Assembly: GCA_902635945.1 (NCBI GenBank)
Contig: CACPPU010000001.1
Span: 211,891-275,890 of the forward strand
Source of the DNA: an uncultured Candidatus Actinomarina sp.
Lineage (GTDB): Bacteria; Actinomycetota; Acidimicrobiia; Actinomarinales; Actinomarinaceae
DNA length: 64,000 nt
Direction of reading: 5' to 3'
The position numbers and the translations under genes are program-made. The notes beneath the pieces were generated by a model. It ran no database searches. It saw only the letters and a program-made list of their open reading frames with translations, and was not told the DNA's origin. Of the stretch, positions 10,301 through 17,357 are shown piece by piece (position 1 is the first letter of the stretch; each line of letters starts with the position of its first letter).

Positions 10301-11958
10301 GTGCCAGCCCTGACACGCCATGAAATAACTGAGGTATGTGCTTGAGCAGATATAGTGTATGTTTCCGTATTACCTGCAGTAATTCCATTTCCATCTTGTG
10401 TTGTGGTCCAAGAACCACTGCCAATCTTGTACTGAACGTCAAAATAATTAGTTGTGTTTCCTGTATTTTCAATCGCTATTGATGGAACAGCTGCACCACT
10501 TGAACAAGAACCAAGAGAACTTGTAGCAGTCCAAGACGTAGTTGGGCAATTAATTGTTAATGAGAGAGTAATGCCAGTATGATCCCGTGATGATTGGACA
10601 TTATTTGGATCTGAACTATCACTAATCTCTACATAATCCCCAGAACTTGGATTTGATGTCCCTTCTCTGTATCGAAATTGGACTTGAGTTCCGTGATCTT
10701 GAGTATATGAATCTCCAAAAATATGCGTACTTCCTGCACTGAGCGATTGACCATTTAAAGTTGTTACCCAGGAACTCCATCCAGACCCGGTATTTACACG
10801 TCTTTGCAGATCGTAGTACATAGTGGTTTGATAAGCAGTTACATCAACCCTTACATCAGATTGACCATTAGAACAGCTTCCCTGATATGGATCACTTACT
10901 ACGAGATTTCCAGCTGGTGGCTCAACAGGTGCAGTTCCACAACCAGCACCATCAGTATTGCTAGAGCTGTTGAAACTATCACTTGTTAATACAAACTCAT
11001 TTGTGTTGTTTCCTGTAGTTGTATCGTTTGCATAATCATACTTCCATAATCTTCCATCATCGTTTTCTAAGAAATAGACAACTCCATCTCCCATAGTCAT
11101 AGCTGCACCAGAGTTAGAACTCATTGAACTACCCACATTGTTTGCTCTTTGAGTCAAAGCCACACTGATTGATTCATTGCTAGCACCTACATTGGTATGT
11201 GAGACAGTTGCACCAAGTAAGTCATTTGTATTTGAGTTAAAAGCTATGAAGTCGTGCGTTGTGCTATTTTCAATCCATGCAAAGTCTTTTGCCTTATTGG
11301 AAGTCCATGTACTACCAGAGGATATTGATACGCTGATAACTTTATAAGAACCATCTGCATTAAGTCTTATTGCTTTATTGTTTCCAGCAAAGAAACCTTT
11401 TGATGTAAAAATATATTTATAAGTAGTTCCACCAGATTCATATTCATAGTAGGTAGCAGCATTATTATCACCAGTACCAAGATTGTTAGTCACAGAAGAT
11501 ATATGTGTTGCTGTACCAGAGCCGCTAGCGTTGTAATTTAATTTATAGAAATAAACCTGGCTTGTATTTGTCCTTTTTAAAATCGCATACATGTCTCCAT
11601 CTTTAGTGATGCTTAAGGAGTTCAATTCATCAATTTTATTGTGTGACCAGGAACTAAAACTCTCGATTGTTGAAGTTGAAAATGTACTACTTGAATTATT
11701 TGATCCGCGTAAGATACTTAATGTTCCATTACTCCAGGTACTTTGAAAGACATATCCTGCCCCATCAGAGTTTGAGCATGAAAACTCTCCGCTAGCTAAC
11801 ACTGGTTCTGGATCTATTGTCTCAATTGTTGCAAAAGCTATTGAAAAGATAAGCATGAATGCCATGAATGTATTGAAAACTTTATGTAGAAATGGTCGAA
11901 TAGTACCAGAGCGTCTAAAACGCATAGCAAAAATTATGTTGATGAAATATTTAATCAT
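4372..11958 (-). CDS. Giant (2528 aa) secreted repeat protein with an internal LANTG cell-wall sorting signal, fused in frame to a C-terminal class E-like sortase domain
   Basis: A single uninterrupted ORF. It has an N-terminal signal/anchor, an N-terminal globular region and 11 tandem ~100 aa two-Cys modules. These are followed by poly-Thr linkers, LANTG plus a hydrophobic stretch plus RYRKKR, a second TM helix, and then sortase motifs GIAGHRTT, TLTTCHP and KERLIV. Confidence 0.9.
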   Translation of the reverse strand: MIKYFINIIFAMRFRRSGTIRPFLHKVFNTFMAFMLIFSIAFATIETIDPEPVLASGEFSCSNSDGAGYVFQSTWSNGTLSILRGSNNSSSTFSTSTIESFSSWSHNKIDELNSLSITKDGDMYAILKRTNTSQVYFYKLNYNASGSGTATHISSVTNNLGTGDNNAATYYEYESGGTTYKYIFTSKGFFAGNNKAIRLNADGSYKVISVSISSGSTWTSNKAKDFAWIENSTTHDFIAFNSNTNDLLGATVSHTNVGASNESISVALTQRANNVGSSMSSNSGAAMTMGDGVVYFLENDDGRLWKYDYANDTTTGNNTNEFVLTSDSFNSSSNTDGAGCGTAPVEPPAGNLVVSDPYQGSCSNGQSDVRVDVTAYQTTMYYDLQRRVNTGSGWSSWVTTLNGQSLSAGSTHIFGDSYTQDHGTQVQFRYREGTSNPSSGDYVEISDSSDPNNVQSSRDHTGITLSLTINCPTTSWTATSSLGSCSSGAAVPSIAIENTGNTTNYFDVQYKIGSGSWTTTQDGNGITAGNTETYTISAQAHTSVISWRVRAGTSNPSSGSYVTTTSSAGSGSTLTNTVDCVTGYVTATVDAGTCSGTSSTPKVTITNGTNETKVVDVQYKIGSGGTWTDLSDGSTITAGAFTIFTLGSAQADTTEVYFQFRFDTSNPSSGSYITTQNTDGAGAGSTLLATVDCENVDPSAEQTFTTTCSAGARTNTLTLLNSASANVAVYFYVDYSTDGGSSWTNKASNQSVSANSSETLTHSVAHGEAITWRYKTSSTSGSFTDSYTTMSASATVDCDPSSVISSSFGSCSSGAQTSTISIKNNEFASGNLDLTSSSVLITSTEEIVVSSDAYGTAVTGELVTYAQGSSGAQTNLTDGTTYFLIKSGTSNRVKLATTYANAMAGTAIDLTAVASGGTAHTLTGATAYYKVEYKIDSGSYQTTNANLTVTAGSTDTSQTASVADGQTITWRITDSFSSADFTNMSVETQSGATADCDPETNLSTSLSACSAGAKTSTLSIQNTESATVYYKVEYQIDSGSFQTANGNLSVSGSSTDTSQTASVPDGSTITWRITDSFTSNDFTNMSDETMDASDAVDCDPNITVKNPPDIACSGTQGSSTIEITNNESATVYVKVEYKIDDGSYQTASANLSISAAATDTSVSQNVADGSTITWRVTDSFTSGNFTNMSAETQTQSSTVDCAVATTFASSFSACANGAKTNTASITNDTSATAYYLVEYKIDSGSYVTAASNLSVGQGVTNTSLSASVPHGSTITWRFKDSSTDGNFSGASYEQQAATAAVDCDPNSVFSNSFGSCASGTATATLSITNNEISTGSLDLTDSSVLITSTDEIVIPSSEYSKVATGDAVIYTQGSSGAQGNLTDGTTYYIIKSGTANRVKLATSNLNALAGTAIDLTAVASGGTAHTLTGLTTYYKVEYKVDDGSYQTANGNVSVAIGATDTSVTASVPHGSTITWKITDSFTSNNFTNMSEETQAESSAADCDPDSTFSSEFGSCASGSKISTLTINNTESSDTVYYKIEYSVDGGSYSTHTSNLSVAANSTNTATQYVVADGSTITWRITDSFTSGDFTNMSAETQSTSDAVDCDPASTISSSFAACANDAKISTLSITSGEGAAIYVKVEYKIDSGSYTTLSANLTVASFATDTSLTVSVPEGSTITWQITDSFTDGVYTNMVAETQSTSSEVSCIIVEQTTTTTSTVLTTTTTTTTTTTTTTTTTIPEEPPNVFLPVIFNQRNCQEGGGANYGMSMNNRRSNVSAVFKVKIFVNNRKVTENTYNIPAGSSVSITTISGVPEGARYKARITTTDALGSNKSVGKFKKKTNCLKEATTTTTTIPVLRADSVSENLRGPVLSDELSVSTTTTTVLGELSLTDDISSLVVGGQDSSPPTTLGPIEEALTQKSSVLVNNVVDASTKVDIEDVSEVQISNDEVSLSIGLTCTIGCDEEEVVSNEVVTLTNASFLPPQVIEQISTQPDAIIKGELDGMISIEASGFEPESFVEVYMFSEPTFVGILQTDSNGNIVGSLPTPNLEPGIHTLQALGTSESGNAVVSNVKVELIDTDNVAFTNDEGNDYVAWDFDTDNNYVEDKDYLVQYYYIEDQLGETPTVLANTGFNLNYFGIGGIASFFTGLFLFTRYRKKRLITKVPSSDSMDSLYQNIYVLKSKIEFLVKESVDVLINFNKVNPYLHKGLYSKNQNEIIDNLNNEVLNLISSVQNIEEKSSKKETISRTELENILQLIASDKIEFKFNDEILEDNQIKNVAVNTDTSKKAKLKKSNRGFAKILTGVSILLIFSGLLISGYAFNEMYLTNSKQEAAQEKLAAIYSGDQNFENNLEVFASESSFINLRELFNDTPIFDSFIEQVLPEENITSDGGEPQIFGYLEISSINVQQYVLAGTNENTLELGPGHYTSTALPGTGGNVGIAGHRTTYGAPFGDLDAVNIGDTVLLTVDSKTFHYQVDSIDVVEAVGGEYVLFDRGDDRLTLTTCHPKYSAKERLIVSGILTKIEAIS
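4375..4785 (-). other. Sortase catalytic domain (class E-like) at the C-terminus of the giant ORF
   Basis: LGPGHYTSTALPGTGGNVGIAGHRTTYGAPFGDL...DRLTLTTCHPKYSAKERLIVSG. The Cys codon is at 4444..4446. The TM helix GFAKILTGVSILLIFSGLLISGYAF (about 4996..5070) precedes it. Confidence 0.85.
5482..5580 (-). other. Cell-wall sorting signal: LANTG (5566..5580), hydrophobic segment, RYRKKR tail
   Basis: aa 2127-2159: LANTG-FNLNYFGIGGIASFFTGLFLFT-RYRKKR. I checked the frame against the ORF stop. Confidence 0.85.
6745..6795 (-). repeat. 17 consecutive Thr codons (mixed ACT/ACA/ACG) forming a poly-Thr linker within the giant gene
   Basis: The plus strand reads agt/tgt/cgt triplets in frame, and the protein reads VLTTTTTTTTTTTTTTTTTIPEEPP. 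Confidence 0.9.
6840..10920 (-). repeat. Coding tandem repeat array: 11 Ig-like ~100 aa modules, including a 1515 bp higher-order duplication
   Basis: Modules are bounded by ..(V/A)DC(D)P.. and share the core YYKVEYKIDSGSY.T...NLSV...TDTS.TASV.DGSTITWRITDSFTS..FTNMS.ETQ. Near-identical DNA lies at 7676..7980 and 9191..9495, exactly 1515 bp apart. Boundaries are approximate. Confidence 0.85.
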
Positions 11959-12031
11959 AATACAACCACAACAACTACATATTTAATAATAAGTTAGAAA
12001 TTATTCTAAGTAAATAGATTATTTCCAATTT

Positions 12032-13360
12032 TTAGGAAAAATAAGCCTTAATTGACTCACTTATTGCAAATTTGTCATTTTCAAGCTTTAAATACTCTTC
12101 TTTTTCATCAATTTCTACTTCAGAAGAGGTTTCAATTAATGGGGCGATAACATTACTGAATTTCTCAGGAGAAGCTGTGGCAACTGCAACAGTAGGGACT
12201 GAATCATGATTATCTAATGCCATGCGTATTGATGTGACCGAATGTGGATCAAATATAGAACCAAACTCTTCATGTAGAGATTTAATTTCACCTTTAATAT
12301 CATCGTCTAAAAATGTAGTTGATGAAAAAATGTGTTTCAATTTTATAATATTCTCATCAGACAACTTCGCTTTATGTTCTTTTAAGAGTGCGTCATAAAA
12401 TGCAGATGCCCCATCTGTAAAATCAAAAATTAGTCTCTCTAAGCTCGATGGAATCTGTATATCCATGCTTGGAGCAACACTTGGTAAAGTCTTCTCAGGT
12501 GCAAGCTCCCCTGTCTCAATAAATCTTCTCAAAACATCATTTACATTTGTACTACAGAGAATTTTGTTCACAGGCAATCCATTAGATCTTCCAAACCATG
12601 CGGAGTAAGCATTACCAAAATTCCCAGAAGGAATTGCAACATTTATTGGTGAGCTAAATTGCTTTGTAAGCCAGACATAATAAGAGACCTGTCCCATGAC
12701 TCTAAGCCAGTTAATTGAGTTAAGAGAAATGATTCGTCTTCCAAATGGATTCTCTGATAATAAATCTTTAGCAATTCTCTGACAGTCATCATATGATCCC
12801 TCTACTGCAATGTTTAATACGTTGTCTTGAATGACTCTTGTCATTTGCTTTCTTTGATACTCACTAACTTTGTTTGCAGGATGGAGCACGACAATATCAA
12901 TATTTTCAGAATTCTTTACTGCCTGTATTGCGGCACTTCCTGTATCGCCACTGGTAGCAACAATGACAAGTCCTCTCTCACCTAACTCATCAAGTCTCCT
13001 ATTAGCTATTGCACCTAGAGGTTGAAGTGCATAATCCTTGAACGACTTTGTAGGTCCATGAAATAGTTCCATAACAACTGTTGAATCATTTAATTCTTTT
13101 AATGTTGGTTCTGGTGAATTTTCAAATCCAGGATATATTGCTAAGTCATCTACATATTTTGCTGATGCTTGATCAAGGGAAATAAAAATAGTTTTAACAA
13201 AATCTTCGTAGCTTAAGTCTTCCTGTGTTAGATAAGCTAAATTTTCTAAAGTTATTGAATCAGGTAGGTATAAGCCTTTATCTGGTGCAAGTCCTGAGAG
13301 AATAACATCTTGAAAAGACAGTGTCTCTTTATAACCTCTTGTTGATTGGTAATGTACCAC
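12032..13360 (-). CDS. thrC: Threonine synthase
   Basis: PLP-lysine motif FHGPTKSFKDYALQ. At 442 aa it sits directly downstream of hom. Confidence 0.9.
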   Translation of the reverse strand: MVHYQSTRGYKETLSFQDVILSGLAPDKGLYLPDSITLENLAYLTQEDLSYEDFVKTIFISLDQASAKYVDDLAIYPGFENSPEPTLKELNDSTVVMELFHGPTKSFKDYALQPLGAIANRRLDELGERGLVIVATSGDTGSAAIQAVKNSENIDIVVLHPANKVSEYQRKQMTRVIQDNVLNIAVEGSYDDCQRIAKDLLSENPFGRRIISLNSINWLRVMGQVSYYVWLTKQFSSPINVAIPSGNFGNAYSAWFGRSNGLPVNKILCSTNVNDVLRRFIETGELAPEKTLPSVAPSMDIQIPSSLERLIFDFTDGASAFYDALLKEHKAKLSDENIIKLKHIFSSTTFLDDDIKGEIKSLHEEFGSIFDPHSVTSIRMALDNHDSVPTVAVATASPEKFSNVIAPLIETSSEVEIDEKEEYLKLENDKFAISESIKAYFS

Positions 13361-14620
13361 TTAGCTGTAGACGCGAAGTGTCGAAGTTACCGAAGTAACA
13401 GAGTCAAGTGAGGCAATTTGCTTAATGGAATTCTGCATATCTTTTTCAGGCGCTTCGTGAGTTACTAACACTAGTTCTGCCTGCTCCCCACGACCTTCTT
13501 GAATAACGCTCTCAATACTTACATTATTTTCACTAAATGTTCCAGCTATAGAAGCAAGCACTCCCGGTTCGTCAGCTACTGATAATCTAATAAACCAACT
13601 TGAAGAGACGTCATCAAAATTCTTATTATCATTTTTTTGACTTCTTAAGGGATACCAGTTTGATTGTTTACTTGTTAGTTGATGACAAGCACTAAGCACA
13701 TCACCAATAACTGCACTTGCAGTAGGAGCAGCACCTGCACCCGGGCCAGAAAATACTAATTGATTTATATTCTCTCCCTCAACTACGACTGCATTCAGGG
13801 CTCCTCTGATAGCTGCTAACGGATGTTTAGTATCTATAAGTACAGGATGGACTCTTGCATTAAATCCACATTCTTCATTATCAATGAGCGCAACAAGTTT
13901 AATTGTTTTGTTTAACCTACTTGCCCAATCAAAATCTTCTTTTGTAATTGATGAGATACCCTCAGTGTGTACATTGTCCTTGTCAGGAGTTGCACCAAAA
14001 CAAATTAAAGAGAGAATCATTGCTTTATACATTGCATCAATGCCTTCAACATCATTGGTTGGGTCAGGTTCTGCATAACCAAGTTCCTGTGCGGTGTTTA
14101 ACGCATCTTTGTAAGTACTTCCCTCTTCCATAGATGTAAGCATGTAATTACTTGTACCATTAATAATGCCTGTAACTCTACTTAGGTCTTCACCTCTTAA
14201 GCTTTCAATAAGAGGTTTCAAAACAGGGATACCAGCTGCAACTGCAGCTTCAAAATACAGACACGTATTATTTTCCTGAGCTAATTGAACTAGTTCATTT
14301 CCGCAATCTGCAATTATGTCTTTGTTGGCAGTGATAACTGCTTTTCCGTTATTAAGAAGTGATTTTATATATTCTTTTCCAGGCTCAACACCGCCTAGTA
14401 CCTCTATGACTAAATCTATCGAATCATCATTTAAAATATCTTCAAAATTATCTGTGAGTAAATCATTGTTGAAGGTTCTCTCTTTAGATATATCAGAAAC
14501 TAAAACGCTTTTAATATTGATGTTAACTATTTCATTATCAAGGTTTTCAAGACGATCAATAACAGCAGAGCCAATATTGCCCGCACCTAGCATTGCAACA
14601 GTGTATGAATTATTTTGCAT
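13361..14620 (-). CDS. hom: Homoserine dehydrogenase
   Basis: NAD fold MLGAGNIGSAV, the motif GIINGTSNYMLT, and a C-terminal ACT-like segment. Confidence 0.9.
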   Translation of the reverse strand: MQNNSYTVAMLGAGNIGSAVIDRLENLDNEIVNINIKSVLVSDISKERTFNNDLLTDNFEDILNDDSIDLVIEVLGGVEPGKEYIKSLLNNGKAVITANKDIIADCGNELVQLAQENNTCLYFEAAVAAGIPVLKPLIESLRGEDLSRVTGIINGTSNYMLTSMEEGSTYKDALNTAQELGYAEPDPTNDVEGIDAMYKAMILSLICFGATPDKDNVHTEGISSITKEDFDWASRLNKTIKLVALIDNEECGFNARVHPVLIDTKHPLAAIRGALNAVVVEGENINQLVFSGPGAGAAPTASAVIGDVLSACHQLTSKQSNWYPLRSQKNDNKNFDDVSSSWFIRLSVADEPGVLASIAGTFSENNVSIESVIQEGRGEQAELVLVTHEAPEKDMQNSIKQIASLDSVTSVTSTLRVYS

Positions 14621-14673
14621 AATTAGTAAGGATAAATGCTAATTTTTTTGAAACAACAACTTATTTAATGAGT

Positions 14674-15120
14674 TTAGGAGATTTTTTCCCTGACTAATTT
14701 ACTTACAACAGACCCATCAAGACCATCTGATTTTGCCATGACAGCACCGATAATTTTGCCCATTTGAGACATGTCAACATCTCCCATTTCTGAAAGGACT
14801 TCATCTATAATTGCTGCAACTTCTTCCTCATTTAACTGCTCTGGCAGCCAACCACTTAAAAAATCTATCTCAAATTGAATCTTATCTGCCATCTCTGTAC
14901 CTCTATCACCTAAGGATTTATATTCTTCAACAGCTTTTGTCATTTTTTTAACATAAGAGGATATAACTCCAAGAACTAATTCATCTGTCGCTTCCTCGCC
15001 TTTTTCAGACTTTTTTTTAGCAATCTCAGTTTGTACTTGTCTAATAGCATCTAATTTAGGCTTATCTTTTGCCTTCATAGCTTCTTTTAAAGCATCACTT
15101 AATTCGTCAATTAAGGCCAT
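14674..15120 (-). CDS. GatB/YqeY domain protein
   Basis: MALIDELSDALKEAMKAKDKPKLDAIRQVQTEI is a typical YqeY N-terminus. I prefer the ATG at 15120, which avoids overlap with the upstream gene. Confidence 0.75.
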   Translation of the reverse strand: MALIDELSDALKEAMKAKDKPKLDAIRQVQTEIAKKKSEKGEEATDELVLGVISSYVKKMTKAVEEYKSLGDRGTEMADKIQFEIDFLSGWLPEQLNEEEVAAIIDEVLSEMGDVDMSQMGKIIGAVMAKSDGLDGSVVSKLVREKIS

Positions 15121-15124
15121 GGTC

Positions 15125-15781
15125 TCACTTTCTATATAACTGCATTGTATCAGGAATATCTGTGACAATTCCGTATATTTCCATTTCCATATAACGCTGG
15201 AAATCTATTTCGTCATTGACGGTCCAGAGAACTGTTTTATTTTTTGGAAGATCAAAATTTCTGCTGTCAATCAAAGTGTGGTGAGCCATAAAAAATAAAT
15301 CTTCATCATGGTTAGACAATGATTGGGCTTGAAACAGTTCTTCTTCTTTATCAAAAATAATTCCATAATTACTAACAAATAAATCTTTAAATGACTGTAT
15401 TGCTTTCCAGTTAAATGAAGAAATAATATCATCAGGTTCTAATATTGAAAGCATTTTTTGAAATAATATGTCTATTTCTGAATCATCTAGTGAATCGGTT
15501 TTTATTTCAAAGTTAATTTTTCCAAGGAGTTGCTCTCTGGAAATCAATACACAATCTTCCAAAGATTCACCATTTAGTAAGATATCTAACTCAGCAAGGG
15601 TTAAGTCTTTAATTAAATTGTCTCCAATGTTTGGATCGTGAAATAAAATTAAATTATTATCTTTTGTTAATCGAACATCAATTTCAACAAAATCGCAGTG
15701 TTCATTGGCTTTATTGATGCCTGTAAACGTATTTTCTTTGTAAATATGAGGTAAACCTCTGTGGCCAAAAATTTTTCTCAA
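15125..15781 (-). CDS. Glycerophosphodiester phosphodiesterase (GDPD) family protein
   Basis: FGHRGLPHIYKENTF and EIDVRLTKDNNLILFHD match the GDPD HR..ENT / E.D signature. Confidence 0.8.
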   Translation of the reverse strand: MRKIFGHRGLPHIYKENTFTGINKANEHCDFVEIDVRLTKDNNLILFHDPNIGDNLIKDLTLAELDILLNGESLEDCVLISREQLLGKINFEIKTDSLDDSEIDILFQKMLSILEPDDIISSFNWKAIQSFKDLFVSNYGIIFDKEEELFQAQSLSNHDEDLFFMAHHTLIDSRNFDLPKNKTVLWTVNDEIDFQRYMEMEIYGIVTDIPDTMQLYRK

Positions 15782-15827
15782 AATGCCTCCATATAAATTC
15801 GAGTTTAGTACTATTAAGTAACTAGCT

Positions 15828-15843
15828 TGTGAAATATTTCACA
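15828..15843. promoter_or_regulatory. Perfect CRP/FNR-type palindrome TGTGAAATATTTCACA upstream of whiB
   Basis: A 16 nt perfect inverted repeat matching TGTGA-N6-TCACA. Its centre is about 28 nt upstream of the annotated whiB ATG. Confidence 0.6.
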
Positions 15844-15863
15844 AAGTAAGGAAGTATGTGTAA

Positions 15864-16142
15864 ATGTTAAATATTGACTTTGAACAAGAAGACTGGATGT
15901 TAGAAGGTGGCTGTGTGTATGCAGACACTGATCTCTTCTTCCCTGTCGGTTCATCTATGAAAGCAATGAAACAAGCCAATGAGGCTAAAGCTATTTGCAT
16001 GGAATGTCCTGTTGTGAACGAATGTCTAGACTACGCAATAAGAACCAATCAAGATTCTGGAATCTGGGGTGGTACTACTGAGGAAGAGCGTAAATCTATC
16101 AGAAGGCATTACCGTAAAACTGGTCTAGTAATTAACCGTTAG
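15864..16142 (+). CDS. whiB: WhiB-family (WhiB1-like) Fe-S transcription factor
   Basis: Four Cys (C..C..C..C), DLFFPVG, QDSGIWGG and a basic tail RKSIRRHYRK. AAGGAAG lies about 10 nt upstream of the ATG. Confidence 0.9.
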   Translation: MLNIDFEQEDWMLEGGCVYADTDLFFPVGSSMKAMKQANEAKAICMECPVVNECLDYAIRTNQDSGIWGGTTEEERKSIRRHYRKTGLVINR

Positions 16143-16371
16143 AAACTAAGCCCGCTCCTCTTTTACCATCTGATTCATCACTAAATTCTATTGCCTGGAT
16201 TAGAGATGTATTAATTGCTATCTCACCGTCATCATCAGAATGCATGTAAAAATCATTTTCAGATGATAATTTTTTTAATTCTTCCAAAAATTTTTCTTTA
16301 TCTTTAATTTCAACTTCAACACCTGCAGTTGAACCTACCATGTAGATTTTTGCCGTTAAATTGCTAGCCAT
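16132..16371 (-). CDS. Small acidic protein, possibly DUF3107-like
   Basis: The 79 aa ORF begins MASNLTAKIYMVGSTAGVEVEIKD and ends ...LIQAIEFSDESDGKRGAG. By recollection, its size and end pattern resemble actinobacterial DUF3107 proteins, which also neighbour whiB1 in mycobacteria. Not verified. Confidence 0.5.
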   Translation of the reverse strand: MASNLTAKIYMVGSTAGVEVEIKDKEKFLEELKKLSSENDFYMHSDDDGEIAINTSLIQAIEFSDESDGKRGAGLVSNG

Positions 16372-16379
16372 ATCTTCTC

Positions 16380-17357
16380 CTATAAAACGTTTTCACCCAT
16401 AAACAAGGCTGATACTGAATCATCTGTAAATATTGATGTTAGTGCGTTAGCAATTATTGTTGAAACGCTGAGAACCTCTACTTTACCAATTTCTTTTGAA
16501 TTTCCATTTTGAGTTAAAGTGTCTGTAACAATTATTCTATCAATCGGTGCATCCTTTAACTGTACAACGGATCCATCAGAGAAAATACCATGTGTTGCAA
16601 CTACGTTTACTGATTTTACGCCTTTTTCTTTAATAATTCTTGATGCAGCTGCAATAGTGCCTCCGGTGTCAATGATGTCATCCAAAATAATTACATGCCT
16701 ATCCTCAACTTCTCCGATTACAGTAAATGACTTTACTTCATTGTGAATCTTTGGATCTCTCTTTTTGTGAACAAAACCTACATAAGCCTCTAAATGTTTT
16801 GCAAACGTTGTCGCTCTTCCAACTCCACCAGCGTCAGGAGAAATTACTGAAATTGGGCCATCAAACTTTTCTTTAAAATAATCTACAAATAATGGCATCG
16901 CTGTTAAATGGTCAAATGGTTGATCCACAAATCCTTGTATTTGTTGTGTATGTAAATCTATTGAAACTAACCTATCTACACCAGCAGCTATAAACATATC
17001 AGCAATTAACCTTGCAGTGATTGGTTCTCTTGGTAATGCCTTCTTGTCTTGTCTTGAATATGGATAAAAAGGTAGAACTGCAGTTATTCTTTTTGCAGAA
17101 GCTCTTTTAAGAGCATCAACTAAAACTAGTTGTTCCATAATTGTTTTATTGATATCGCCAGAGTGACTCTGTAAAACAAAACAATCTGCACCTCTTACAC
17201 TTTCATTTAATCTGATATAAATCTCGCCACTAGCAAATTCTTTAGATTCTACAGTGGATACTTCAGTACCAAGATTAAATGCGACATTAGACGCAAGCTC
17301 TTCGTTTGAAGAGCCAGAAAAAAGAAGCATCTTTTTCTTACCTGGTTGCTCAATCAT
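16380..17357 (-). CDS. prs: Ribose-phosphate pyrophosphokinase
   Basis: DLHTQQIQGFVDQPFDHL and the PRPP-binding motif ILDDIIDTGGTI. Confidence 0.95.
   Translation of the reverse strand: MIEQPGKKKMLLFSGSSNEELASNVAFNLGTEVSTVESKEFASGEIYIRLNESVRGADCFVLQSHSGDINKTIMEQLVLVDALKRASAKRITAVLPFYPYSRQDKKALPREPITARLIADMFIAAGVDRLVSIDLHTQQIQGFVDQPFDHLTAMPLFVDYFKEKFDGPISVISPDAGGVGRATTFAKHLEAYVGFVHKKRDPKIHNEVKSFTVIGEVEDRHVIILDDIIDTGGTIAAASRIIKEKGVKSVNVVATHGIFSDGSVVQLKDAPIDRIIVTDTLTQNGNSKEIGKVEVLSVSTIIANALTSIFTDDSVSALFMGENVL

Noticed and set aside
6840-10920. Periodic DNA repeats that could be mistaken for a CRISPR array or a satellite
   Set aside because: The period is ~300 bp, with a 1515 bp super-period, all in one reading frame. 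The units are diverged at the protein level and have no short repeat/spacer structure. These are coding domain repeats.
4174-10989. Many plus-strand ORFs (e.g. 5717..6130, 6287..6667, 7358..7627, 8582..8836, 9467..9757) and one out-of-frame minus-strand ORF (10215..10472), all inside the giant gene's span
   Set aside because: They lie antisense to, or out of frame with, a continuous 2528-codon ORF that has clear domain logic. Their products are low-complexity mirror images of the Thr/Ser/Gly-rich repeats, so they are shadow ORFs.
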